A stretch of DNA of 64,000 nt from Ruditapes philippinarum (taxonomy: Eukaryota). Of this stretch, positions 13,415 through 27,077 are shown one piece after another. Location: the NCBI RefSeq assembly GCF_026571515.1, contig NW_026854155.1, positions 1-64,000 on the forward strand, written 5' to 3'. The notes beneath the pieces are model-generated. The model ran no database searches and was not told the origin of the DNA. It saw only the letters and a program-made list of their open reading frames with translations. How positions within the stretch are numbered: position 1 is the stretch's first letter; each line of letters starts with the position of its first letter. The position numbers and the translations under genes are program-made.

Positions 13415-14190
13415 CAGTAGAACTTCTATGAGTCGAACTTCGATTAGTCGATTTTCTCGATGTGTCGAAGTAAAATGAAAGTCCCGATTTTTTCCCTTAT
13501 ATATTCCTTATAAAAACCTATTTATGAGTCGAGATTTTATGTGTCGAGTTTTTCGATGTGTCGAAGTTTTTTCGTGGTCCGTATAGCATAAATCCAGTAC
13601 AATTTACCACAAATGTATCGAAGTTCTTCGATTATTTTGACACCTTCGATCTCGAGACATTTTCACATCTTTTTTGGCCGCGAAGACGATTTCCGATCAA
13701 CTTTAGTGACAGGTGTTAATTACACAGCCGAGTGTTCAAACAGTCTTTGTATGCGTTTAAATGTGTGAAAAAATGCTTTAATTATTACTATTTTAATTGC
13801 CGTAGCGGTATTTGAAAGTACATGTAAACAGGAACTATCATTTGAGTACCTCCGTGACCCGGTGTTGCGTGATAATCACACGCGAAATATTTACTATAAG
13901 CTGGTTAAGTTATTGCCCTTTCGTTTTTTTACGCCTTTTGTAACTTCATTGTATACGTCAACAGGGAGCCGTGAAAAGTTACTTAACATGTAATATGTAT
14001 CTTTGTATAATGTAAAATATCAGATTAATGAATGAAAGAAAAACATGAAATAAGCTACGTTATAGATCATGAGGGCTAGTCACGGGTTGAAATTTTGTCA
14101 TGAAATTTAGACTGATTCATGAGTCGAAGTCCCGATGTGTCGAAGGTTTTACGCAAGTCCCTCCAACTTCGACTTACCGAAGTTCTACTG
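13415..14190. mobile_element. Non-autonomous Tc1/mariner-superfamily (pogo/Tigger-like) MITE, 776 bp
   Basis: Imperfect 24-bp TIRs beginning CAGTAGAACTTC, TA duplication and many internal GTCGAAG/CTTCGA motifs. Removing it restores GGTAATATATAACAG, seen uninterrupted at ~52148-52162. Confidence 0.9.
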
Positions 14191-14662
14191 TATATAACAG
14201 TAATCAACATTTTAAATATTTTCTTTAGTAAAGCATTTGTATTGTCTAGCATAAACTGACAGTTATCTACAAATTTGTAGCTTCTATCTTTAAACAAAAT
14301 TCAAATATAATTATGGTAATTCTGCCTAGTTTTTAGAGTATTTGCAACAGCGCAAATCATCTGTATCTAACTTCAACTGGTGATTTAACCGGTATTGCAA
14401 TTTGTTGAAGAAGTTTGTATGTAAGTAAAAAAAATTGTATGCTTTTTATATATTTTAAACCACAAATATCGAATGGCTGTTACGCTAATTACAAAAAAGA
14501 AACAAAATAAGACAAAAAACATCACAAAACCAGGTTTCCAATCATCACTTTGCTTAAATGTATGTTTGAGTTGGAATACGAACACAAGCAACGTTAACGT
14601 ACGATGTATGTGCTACGTGCTATGTAAATCAGACAAAAAATGAAACAAAAGTTATTAGAAAG

Positions 14663-15592
14663 TTTTTAGCTCACCTGACCACGAAGTGGTCAATGTGAGG
14701 TATAGTGGGCGTCCGTCGTCGTGCGTCGTCAACAATTAGGTTGTTAACAGTCTAGCAGTCACAGTTTTATTTGGATCATCATCAAACTTTGTCAGAATGT
14801 TTGTCTCAATAAAATACAGATCGAGTTCGAAGATGGGTTATCTCCGGTCAAAAACTAGGTCACAGGAGCTAAAAAATAGAAAAAGCTTGTTAACACTCTA
14901 GTGGCTGCAGTTTTCATCCAAATATTCTGAAAATTTGTAAAAAAAGGTTGTTTTGATAATATCTAAGTCCAGTTCGAAGATGGGTCATTTCGGGTCTAAA
15001 ACTAGGTCACAGAAAGCTAAAAATATAAAAAGCTTGTTAACACTCTAGTGGTTGCAGTTTTCATACACATATTCTGGAAATTTGTCAGAAATGTTGCTTT
15101 GATGATTTCTATGTCAAGTTCGAAGATTGGTCATCTCAGGTTAAAAACTAGGTCACATGAGATAAATATAGAAAAAGCTTTTTAACACTCAAGTGGCTGC
15201 AGTTTTCATCCAAATATTCTGGAAATTTGTCAAGAAGGTTGTTTTGATAAGATCTAAATCATGTTCGAAGATTTGTCATGTCCGACCAAAAACTAGGTCA
15301 CAGGATCTTAAAATAGAAAAAGCTTGTTAACACTCTAATGGCTGCAGCTTTGAACCAAATATTCTGGAAATTTGTAAGGAAGGTTGTTTTGATGATTTCT
15401 AGGTCAAGTTTGAATATGGGTCGTCTCCGGTCAAAAATTAGGTCACATTGCCCAAATATGGAAATACATTTTTAACACACTAGAGGTCACATGTTTGACT
15501 CAGTTGTCATCTAACTTTACCAGGATCAGACATTGCTTGGATGCGGTTAATGGGTCAGATGAGCGATCCAGGGACATCATGGCCCTCTTGTT
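14663..15592 (+). mobile_element. Pearl/CvA/HINE-like non-autonomous Helitron/Helentron derivative with ~146-bp internal tandem array
   Basis: 5' TTTTTAGCTCACCTGA and 3' TCAGATGAGC subterminal inverted repeat, GTC-microsatellite near the 5' end, 3' hairpin AGGGACATCATGGCCCT. About 5.5 units start at 14741, 14887, 15034, 15179, 15324, 15469. Inserted in a T-run that is empty at ~10970. Confidence 0.85.
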
Positions 15593-18500
15593 TGTAATAT
15601 CATTAGAAGGAAAAATTAAAATTCACTTCAACATTATCCTGGGGGATGATAATAAAAAAATATAATTTCTAAATTTAGTAATTGATTGGAAACCGATTTT
15701 CTATTTAGTACCAGTAACCAACACCAAAAGGCTATCTTAAGTGTGGTCCTCACATGAGCTTGGTTTACAGCAGGTTTCATTAAAATAGTTCTTTCCAAAC
15801 TCTAGTAATTGAATGGAAATTGATTTTCTATTTTAGTAATATTAACCTTGATCTCGATTCTTTGAGACCCAAAAGCAATTCCAAGGAGATTTTTACATAC
15901 CAAAGTTGCTCTGTTCTATCATTTTCCAAACTCAATTGTTTTTTTATTTACTAACAGACAGGTCAAAAGAAATACACAGCAATATCTTCACTATGCGGCT
16001 TTCTTAACACCACGTTAAATTGCAATGTTTCATTCTCCAATATTAAGTTATTGACCGGAAACTGATTTTCTATTTTAAGTAACAGTGACCTTGATCCTAG
16101 GTGACCCAAAAGCCATCACAAGCGAGGTCTTTATAAAATTTTGCTTTACACAAAGTTACATTTCTTACTCTAGTTAGTGATTATTAACCGATTTTTACCT
16201 TTTAAGTAACAGTGATCTTGACCTTGAATGTCCATGACCCCAAAGAAAGTTGATGAGCTAGCAGGCGTGCATCAAACTAGATGGTTTATTTTAAATAACT
16301 ATATATATTTTGGTTAAATGTAAGAGTTGTGATTAAAAGAATATTACCCTTTATATAACAATATAATCATGGAAAAAACATGGACCATACTTAGGAAAAA
16401 GATTATACAATAACAGAACCCTGAAAACATGCGCTTGATGACATACCTTCTGTTAAAATTTGTTCATAATCTCTTGAAAAGTGTAGGAGAAATTGCGCAC
16501 TGGATAATTGTTTGACGCCCGTCCGCCAGTAAACCTCAGTCTAATAACGTTTTCCCCATTCGGACAGCCTGATTAACAAAACCTTCTTATTTTTTGAAAT
16601 GCTTCATGTCATTTCTAGACAAAGGAAAAAATTGGTGAATTTTCTTCATACCAAACATTGTGTGTGTGTGCGGTTTTATTGTTGATGTTTGTTTTTTGTT
16701 TTGTTTTTTACAAAAGTTAAAACAATTAATTGGGGCGTGTATTATTAAATATATCGTAAATATATTATACAATATTAAAACAAATAAAGGCCATAAGACA
16801 GCAGCTGATTATGTTATACATATTTAACCTCATAAATATAAGGATATTGTGACCTAGCCCACACTATTAATTGTCCTATTAATTTGCCATTTGATTTTAT
16901 TTCTTTCTCTCTCGGCACTTTACAATCGTTGGTTTTACATTTTATTAACAAGATTAAGAGCAGGTTTAAACAAACTGAGCCTACATTATTTGCATTTTTG
17001 CCATATTTGGCTTTCTTTGAGGATTCGATTTTTGTCTTTGTTATGCTTCTTTTGGATATTTTAAGGTGACTAAATCTGGGACAATTTTCAACATTCGATT
17101 TTCACATAATTTTAATTTGTTACTACCTTTGAATACGTGTTATTTCACTGATTTCTTTAGAATTCTTTACTTATGTTGCCCATGTTTTTCTGTTGTTTTT
17201 ATTTTGTATTTCTAAGTGAATACAAAAATCAGCGACCGATCTTGTAGACTCAGTGTTGCTTTATTTTCTTTTTTTAATTTGTGTTGATCAGTTTTTAAAG
17301 GTGCTTCAATGCCTTTGTTTTTTGTTAAGGTTTGTCTCCTTCAACAGACTTTTAACAATTGCCTAATTGTCTTGCAATAAGCTTTATGTTTTGACAATTG
17401 TTTTATTGTTGAATTTGTTTAATTATGTAAATTATTATTTTTATATTTTATATTACTTATTGCATCAATCAGGTAAAGGAAGTGTTGTTGTTTTCTGTCG
17501 CAAGGGATTATTGAATATTAAGTGACCTGGTGCTATGGGACTTAGGAGGTATTGTACTTTCCATTTTCTTGTATTAATCTAGTGGTATTTGACACTTTTT
17601 ATTGTATTTTATACATCGTTCACCTTAATATTTTTTCTTTTTAATAATTTTGAAACAAAGAAGACAAAAATGATAATAATAATAATAAAAAAGTTAAAAG
17701 GGAAATCAATACTTTCAGTCCTACAAAAACAGTCATTTTCTTTGCTTAATAAATTCCCACAAATATGTAATTGTTAACACAAATGTTGAACAAACTCTTT
17801 GTAAGCACATTGAATAAATTTTTGAAAATATGAACATAACCTAATCTGACTTGAACATCGTACTTTTGCTTCCTTTGCTGGTATTCCTAATTTAAGTCTA
17901 CATTCACAATCTACAAAGGCAAATCGCTAGAAAATTTTTGGAATAATATGAGAAATAAAAACAAAAAGTACAAAATTAATTCTATACAGAGTAAGGACCA
18001 ATATTTAATCGCGAATATTATGAAAAAATATTTTGATTTGATTTTTTCACTAACCATACAATTTGTAATTTCTAGTGCACTTTAAATTCAACATAATATA
18101 TATAAGGAATGAATAACTCGGATTGTTAAATAATTTTTGTCACGATCCTTACCTTTTCGTGAACAAGGCCTTAAATTATCACAAAGAACACTAATTCTTG
18201 TTTAACAAATTAAAAATTTTCTTTGTTAAATTTACGAACATTTGATAAGATATATTAGAATAATAGGTCATTTAAAGTTCCATTATAACCGTCATATCAG
18301 CACATCTTCGGATATTTCAAATATCAAAAGTTCAAAAATTTAGTGTTGACTTTTACTTAGGCTGGTGCTACGGGCGTGAACGGTATTTTGCAATTAGCAA
18401 TGCCGTCCAAAAGCAGGCCATACCAAACCGAGTATGCAACATTTTCAATTTTACCGAGTTTGAGTTTCTTAAGGGATTATGTTTTTGTATACATGTATAC

Positions 18501-21500
18501 ATAGCAATGTCTATATTGAGATGGTGTCATAACAAAAATATAAACATACATACTCTATTTTCATCATATTCTCTGTTATTATAAGAAGAGAGATTCCAAT
18601 ATCTTGTTTCTAAACTTGAATGCCTTTCATGAATAACAATAGCTGACATATCTAGGTTACATCAGAAACAAATTTGCACGGAACAAATTAGGTTACACCA
18701 CAAAAATGAAAACTCGAGTGCCAATTAAATATGAAATATAGGGGTTCCCTTTAAACGCTAAAATATTGCAATTATTTAAAGTTTATCAATAACTGAAAAC
18801 TTGATTTCTAAATTAAAATGGGCAATATATAATCTTATATTGTTAAAGCAATAACAAATTGACCATGGCAAAGTATCAAATTTCTTGAAACATACTATCA
18901 TGTTATTGGAAACAAGTAATATAATTTGGTAAATTTTTGAAGGATTTAAACTATATTATTTCTAAAATGATTTTATGTATGAGGTGTATCCATTACAAAA
19001 ACCATTGACACGTTTTCATTATTTATTAATATTTAGTTAGTTACTATCCGAGACAATTGAAACACGCATGGACTTTGGGTTGTTGTATTGAAGTAGGCAT
19101 TCAAAAAGCATGTACATCATTTTGTGGCAATTTAAACAAAAGTTGAAACTCTTACACTTATTTTTTTTCTCTTTTATTTTATTTTATGTTATTAACTCTT
19201 GTATCGGTGAAAATATAAAATGCTTAAATGTGGTGTATGAAACGATTGAAAATTGATAGTCGATCTTTTGTTAAATATAAAGTAAACATGTTTTGACTTA
19301 ACACAAAGTAGATATCTTATAATTTAAACACTTTACACTTTATGAGGACAAAATGTGAATAAAAACTGACAGTATATTTTAAGAAAATACCAGCTTTACT
19401 TGACCCGTTATAAGGAACGCATATTTCCATAAATAGTTTGTGTGTCCTTTTATACGTATGAATAAGAAATGTTTAGTGCGAATATTTTAGATTTCAATAA
19501 ATTATTTCAATAAAATATTTTATTTTATTCAAAGCATACTTTAACAGATCTTTAAAGTAGTATTCATTTTCTATAAACCATTTACATAAATAAGCCAAGA
19601 CAAAATACAGCACTGCTGTGAAGTTATGCGAATTTGTGAATTGAATTGAACTGAATGAGAACGGATGAGCGTCTTAAATCAAAGTAATGACACTAAGTCG
19701 CTTTTTTCCGGAAACAAAATAATGAAAAAGTAATAATGAATAGACATTTTGACGTCAGAAACATACTTAGGGCAATTAATTTGAATTACATAGCAATTTG
19801 TCAATGCACAAAGAAAGGTCTTGGATTTGATTAAATACACATGAGAACTGTAAGCAGTTATAGGAGAACATAATTATTGAGCTTTAAAATATATGCATAC
19901 AGAAAGTTAAATGATGACAACTTTGTACCACAAACATGCATCTGAAATAATGATATAATATAAATAACATTGAACACTTATAGTTCCTTTCCATATTTTG
20001 TGAACATTTGAATAAGTGAAAAGAGTTTATATTGATAAAAATAATTTAGGTATTATTATAAAGAAATGAGATGACCGAAACACAGCCAATGCAATATTAT
20101 GTTATTTCTAAGTTTTCAATACAAAAAGAAACGTGAGCAATGCTTGCCTCAGGATGATCCGATAATTATTGCTTGTTGCTATTAGGAAAATGCCTAGTTT
20201 GTAAACATTGAAATTAAATTATAGCATATTGATATTGATGATTTTTCAAAGAAGAACAATTTCCTTTTTAGGGTGTTCCTTATACTTGTTTTTGGTTTTA
20301 TTTTATAAAGTGTGTAATAATTTACAGATATACTTAAAAGTTAATGAACATCCACATTAGTTGTATATCTTTTTTTAGAACTGTCCTTTACATTCTATTT
20401 TATAGTGGCAAAACTCTCCCACATATTTTATCATAAAGCTATCCTTTCAAGAGTCCCTGGTGAAGGTCACATTGCAGTAAAGTATTAAGTGACAGTTAAA
20501 CCCACTGTCCAAAAGAGTCCCTATATGGAGACAATTAAAACAACTATTTTCACGTTTAAAACAAATTTAATAAAAAGCTTTGCAACGAATGTCAATTGGT
20601 ACTTAACCCATTCTAGAATTTATAAAGTATTTCATATAATAATTATAAAAAAACTTCCACGTAAATTTAAAAGTTTTAAAATATTGGTTGATATTTAATT
20701 AATAAATAGCTTTTGAATAATATTATCAAGTTTAATTGAAAATAAATATCACATTTTTTAAATGAGATTTGTTCCCAGAAACACGTCAATTTACCATTTT
20801 TAAACTTTATATATTAGATCACTATGACAATTGTACTAACAAAATACATTCCATCTTTGTAAATAGAAAACTACGACTCTTTATGACAGTTCAACAAAAC
20901 AACTTTTCTAACCGACTGTATAAAAGGTTTTCCAGCCCTCCGCCGTAAACGTTGATTGGATAAATCTGATTCCCTTCACATGTCTTGTTACCGCGATTCA
21001 AACTAATTGACACAGTTCTGGTGGTTTTGGCCATCCCTGTACAATCTAATAGGGGTGAAACAGTTTTTTATTTTAGACACATCCGCGCATTTCATTGATA
21101 TGACGCATAATTCGTACAATTGTTCAAGTTAAATAATGTGACAAAATCCAACACTAAATATTTCATTTTTTTGCCGTTTCATTTCTAATGGTGACAAAAC
21201 TATAATAAATATAAAATTTGTTTTTAAGCTTTTTTATATTAAATAAACTACTGAAACACCTGGGAACTATAAAGTATGTGAATGTTATATCAAAATTAAT
21301 ATGCATTTTAAAGAAAAAAGCGAATTGCTAACAGTTTACACATAAAAATGCTAATTTGATAGTGCGTTTATTCGCATTGAATAACATGTTTGCATTGCTG
21401 TGGATACAAATCAGCCTACTGTTTATTTACACCTGGTCTGGGAGAGTATTTCACATGTTGTTTTTTTTTGTCAAACATGTTATACAAGTACAATGATATT

Positions 21501-24500
21501 TTATATAGGTCATAGTAAAACGTAAATTAGATATAAATTAATCAAGCAATACTGATTAAACTGTAAACTGATCTGGCAAATTATTTCACAAAGCTAATTA
21601 AAAAATTTAATTGGTAACCTATTGGTTATTATTTGTATTGCTCAAAACAAGCAGATGTTATTATCTGTTATTATCAAATAGTTAGCAATTGGCAAATTAA
21701 AATGAAAGTATTTGCATTTGGCTGTTTGCAATGATAATATAATAATAATTAATATCTTAAAGGTATTATAAGCCGAGTTAGCCATCGTCAATAGATACTA
21801 AATCTTTTATAACAAGGTGCAAATGGTAAAATTTTAACTATATTTAGTAACATATACAACATTGTTAACGATTATTACACGGCAAAAGAATCAACATATT
21901 GACTTGTTGAAATTGCAGTGACCTTACAGCTAGATCTGATCAATTCGCCAAAATTTTTTCCTATTTTGTAATTTGACATACCTACATGTATTTAGCATTG
22001 TTTAAAAACAGGTACAATCAGGCTTATGTTCAAACACTGGCAAAAACCGATTGAAGAGTACGAAAATAAGGACTTAATCGATCTATCTATCCATCAATAG
22101 TATTTTGGGCATAATTCTAACAAAAAAATGACACTTATTGAATAGTTGTGTTAACGCCTCCCTTTTTGTAGGACACTTTTACGTTGCCGATGGTGCCAGT
22201 ACCGTGTCGATGGCTCGATTGCGTTTGAAAAAAAGATAATCTTTTATTTTTGAGCCAAGCTTTGTTAAATGTATTTGTGTTGAACTGTCGAAGGGGGTGA
22301 GGATAATGTTCCTTCCGCGAAAAAATTGGCAGGCATTTAGTTTACGGTAAAATATCACTCAAGGAAGATGTCAAAATAGAAGAATAAGACGCAAGTTTAT
22401 ATTTTGTAAAAGTTTAAGAAGCGTCAACTTCGAAATCTTTAATAATTAGAAGGTTTTTTTTTGTGGCGTAGAATTTTTTCATGTTCGAAAAATAGTATAC
22501 TTTGGAGAAAAATATCTTTAGAAACCATGCTTACCCTTTTCAGTTTAGTTTTGGTCAAGGCTCTAAAATGGAAATGACGAAGGCTTTAATTTATATAGAA
22601 GAGCCACCATTAAGTGGTGTTGTAAGGAAAGCGATATATTTTGCAACTGTGTCGATGTCCTTTTTTCATGTTGATAACTGATAGCAACGATGTAATAATG
22701 TCTGTAAGACTTTCTTAATTTGATAAAAAAAAACAAAAAAACGTTTTTGTTTCATGAAGCCTGAACAAATTAATTACTGTTTCGATAATTGCAAAACAAT
22801 TTCACTATTTCTGAAAAGGTTTATGACAAGATCAATATATTTAAAAGCACATGAAGACAAAATTCATATCAGAAGAAAACACTTTTTATATTATTTACAA
22901 AAGTACGAACTCATAATTGGCTCGTAAATATTACAGTTCTAGAGTACAGTATGAAACAGACAGAACTGAAGTCAGACACCAGCTTCTGATAAACAGGATG
23001 CTTTGACTTTAATGACATTATAGATAGTCCTCCCAATTAAAGCATTGCTGATTTATATAACGGTAAAAATGTCTTCTCGATCATTGGGGAAGGAGTATAC
23101 CATATATATCTTAGATATTTAGCAGAAAACACTACATTGACCCTTACTCAGGGATCATAGTTTTTGCTTATATGCGTCAATTAAAAACTTCCAAATTTCT
23201 GTTTCTCATAAGCCATGAAGACTAACTGACTTATATTTAGCAAGAAACATTGTCTTGTGAATTTCTTAAAAGATTGCTCAATCTTTATCCAATAGTCTAA
23301 GTTGTCACCACCCCGTGGTCATGGATTGTCCTTGTTTCTATATAGTTAAGACTCATGGCATATTTTTTAAAGTTTCGGCTTTGCAATTTTGACATTTACG
23401 TAGTTTAAGATACAACCTTGAACTTTGACCTAAATTTTATTGTAGACCCAGTGACCTACTTTAAATAAACAAAGTTAAAGCTTAAAAATTTGAACTATAT
23501 GCACAGTATCAGATGCAGAATTACATTATTACCTATATTATCACACATTTATATAGACATCACCGATACATGTTCGTATTTTTTACAATTGGAATGCAAA
23601 ATCTGTTTTTTTAATAGATCGTAAAGGCGGAGAACATAATATTAACTCAAATGATAATTGTTCGAGAGAAAAGTTACATTACTCCAATATTTTGCCGATA
23701 TTTCTAAAACAAAATGCAATCAAACTGTGTTTTTTTCAAAGATTAATTGCATTGTTGAATATTTGTTTTGTATCCTTCAAACGTCGATATAGTTTTGGTA
23801 GTTTCAGCTTTGAAAATTGTAATTAACTGAGAATAATAATATCAGTTATATGTTTCGGTTCAGATCCAAATGGATCAGCCCATTGGGCGGTAACATTGGT
23901 TGCTGAGTTACGGGTGGGTTCATATTGGGCATATATATGCCAATCCTAACCATAAACATAGCGGATATTCATTGCTTGCTACCATATTCCATAATTATTA
24001 AATTCTTTACCATAAAAAATAATTCTCACCGAGTTGTATGTCATTACACTATATTCGTACAATTAAGTATGAACTTACGGCAAAATTACGTCATCTTGTA
24101 TAGCATGCGACTCAACTGGCATTCCCGATGCCAGATGACATTTCCGGCAGGGGTAAAACTAACGGAAACGCCAGTCCGATATGTAAGAACAGATATTGTT
24201 CAGAGATCAACAACAAATGTTTTCCCATGTAGATCAATTGGTAATATCTAGCATAGGTTTCTATATATTTCAAATACAAAGTCAAAGCGGAAGGAAATTC
24301 CAGCTGAAATGTCAAAGAAAGAAACAACACTCTGAGCTTTACATTGATACATTTCAATAGTATAAAACAAAGGTATTTTTGAAAGATATTGCAAATACAA
24401 ATCTTAAATCAGTCGTTTTGTCAACAAACAAATGCAATATGCTTTACGGTTGAAACTTGAATGACCTACTTTATAAACGATGTTTTTTTTTTCATTTTTC

Positions 24501-24728
24501 AATCTACAATTGAATGGAAATTCAGCATTTTTATTTACTTTCCCATGAGTGTTTATTATCAATAACATAATTGTCGGTCAGATTGACAAAATATATTTTT
24601 CCAGGACTGTATTACATAATCTTCTGTTTCAGTGAGAAACTAGTTAAGTATTACTTTTATGTCATATATGTAAGGAGTGGCGATATAACCTGTTTTGTGT
24701 TAAATAATAAATGTGAGATGAGGACAAA

Positions 24729-27077
24729 ATGAAGAAACTATTTCAGAAGTTAGTTGTTCTGTTTGCTTTATCTTTATTCTTTGAGCCTTATTCTTGTGAA
24801 AAGATCCAACGTTTCTCAGCTAACGGAAGAAATGCGGGATTTCTAGAAGTACGAAATGTTCAATTTATTTTCAACACAATGCGCATTTCAAGTCGTTTAA
24901 CTATCATAAAAATGATCAAATATGCGAACTGAGTAGCCTTTATCCGGAAAGCGTAACAGCAGAGGACGGCTGGTCGGTGTACGCATATAGTGGTAAGATT
25001 TATGCTTAAAGACTCTCATCTCAAAGTATACAGGCATATTTGCATCAATAAATTAAACACAATGCTTTATAAACTAATGTATACAAATAAAAAAGAATAA
25101 GAAAGCCGCAAACCAGTATATTTTGAATGAGCACGAATAATTTTATATATTTAAAAAATACTAGTATATTTTGTTGCAATTTTGTTTCGCTGTTATTCAT
25201 GTTATTCAAGAAGTTGGCGCTTGTATGTGAAATGATTTACAATGTCGAACCTTAAAGACCCGCAAAAATGTACTGTAAATGTTCAACTGCATAGCACATC
25301 TTTCGACAATCTACGAAAAATACACTTATATGGTATGTGAACGAAACAATCGTAAAATATGAGAAACGTACACATTTAACATAGAAAACTGACAGACGGA
25401 AGAGTTTTTGAATGCTAGTTGGACATGCGCACATATCGGTTGTTTTCTATCAATATATGCACAAGCAATGTAATTTATCAAACAAAATATAAGTTCAGTG
25501 TCATTATACTACAATTAAGAATCACAGATATCTTTTTTTTGTTTAGTTTAATAACTTAAATGTTATTTTTGTATGCATGTTAATGTGTCATGAAAGAATG
25601 AGGCTAAAAATATTAAAAGAGTATTCGGTTGCCTCTCACTTTGATTTTTGCAAGTTGCAAACACTTTATTTCTTTAAAAAATCAGTGTTTAAAATACTGC
25701 AAGTTTATAATACCAGTTATTTTTTTTTTAAATTGATGACGGTTCCTGGGGAAACTGGTTAAACTGGGTTTCGTGTTCGGTAACTTGCGGTGATGGAACA
25801 ATGTCAAGGTCAAGGCTATGCAACGAAGGCGACCAATGTCAAGGGTCAAATGTCGAGCAACACGCTTGTAATGAAGGGGAATGCACGGCGACTGGTAAAG
25901 ATTTTGTGGTATTAGTTATCCATAAAACAGAGAAAGCAAAATTAGTGGTCAAAAAAGAAGTATCTTTTAAACGATTTTAAGCCATGTTTATTCTAAATAA
26001 ATTGTTTTATTGTGATTTTGGCATTCAAAGTTTTGGTTAAAATTTCGGCTTATAACGAATCAGGTCTTTAGAGGACTGCTATTTTCATATTTTTGTGTTC
26101 ATTCTTATTTATTGCATTAGTCATTTATTCATTTTATGAGAAAAAAAATATGAAATCGGTTAGTTGTTTGATCAACTATATATCTATAAATATCTTGCAA
26201 ACTTATGGTTTAGGAAGATCGATATTTTTCTATAAAAAATGTCAGATAGTTTTGGTAGGAGAAGATTTAATGTGTTCGTGAACTGATAAAAAAATATCAA
26301 TACTAAATAACTGCCCCATTGAAATGCTTCTTGTTATAACATAAACTACATTGTATCTAGTGTCCTGTGGGGACGCCAGTGTAGTTTTGCATAAAGCAAA
26401 CGGGACATTTTACATGGATACAGCTACTGTTACATGTGACGCCTGGTATCAAACCAGGAACAATACAATAACCGGTCAGATATCTGGAGAATGGGAAACA
26501 ACGATATGTGAAGGTATCGGAATTTATGCAGTATTTTCCATCTGTTATGATTTGAAGGTTAAATGTTCTTCTTTTCACATATTAAAAACAAAACAAAAAA
26601 AACCAATAGCTGTTGTAACGCATTCGCTTGTCACATATAAGGATGCTTTTTTGAAAGACGTTTTTTTAAATACATTTTTGTATAGCTTTATATTATTCAT
26701 TTTCATATTTTCATCTAGAGTCCTGAAAATGTTACGTCTTTCAGTTGCGATTCACATCAAATTTGTTTTAATGAGGAAACTGAGTCAATTTTGTTTGAGA
26801 TGTATGAATTTGTGTTGCAGATTGCTACTTGACGACACCATGGGAGTATACTGGGAAACGGAATACAACAGTCACAGGAATGCCGTGTCACCGATGGGAT
26901 TCACCTGAGGCAATGATTCATGGTTATACTGATCTTCAATACTTCCCCGAATCGACATTGTCGGAGGCTGAGAACTTTTGTAGAAACCCAGACAGTTGGG
27001 ATTATGAGCCATGGTGCATCACAACAAATGAAAATGCTCCAAATTATTGGGAATATTGCGATATAAAGAAATGTTAA
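24729..27077 (+). pseudogene. Gene B: PAN/apple-like + TSP1 + sushi/CCP + kringle, disrupted; exons ~24729..24992, 25736..25894, 26361..26513, 26821..27077
   Basis: Exon 1 is homologous to A/C/D but 19 nt shorter (frameshift, stop at 24930-24932). The TSP1 exon has lost its AG acceptor (attg vs atag in C) and 18 nt. The sushi-like exon VSCGDASV...TATVTCDAWY...TITGQISGEWETTICE lacks the third Cys, and its donor is uncertain. The kringle exon DCYLTTPWEYTGKRNTTVTGMPCHRWD...NFCRNPDSWDYEPWC...YWEYCDIKKC* has all 6 Cys. Confidence 0.8.

Noticed and set aside
14741-15500. Regular repeats that might suggest a CRISPR array
   Set aside because: Contiguous ~146-bp units with no unique spacers, inside a pearl/HINE element in a eukaryotic genome.
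23925-24357. 108-aa and 81-aa ORFs upstream of gene B
   Set aside because: No recognisable motifs; partly homologous to non-coding upstream regions of A and D.
26821-27077. Calling B/C plasminogen, HGF or apolipoprotein(a)
   Set aside because: Single kringle followed directly by a stop with no protease domain; shared modules do not establish orthology.
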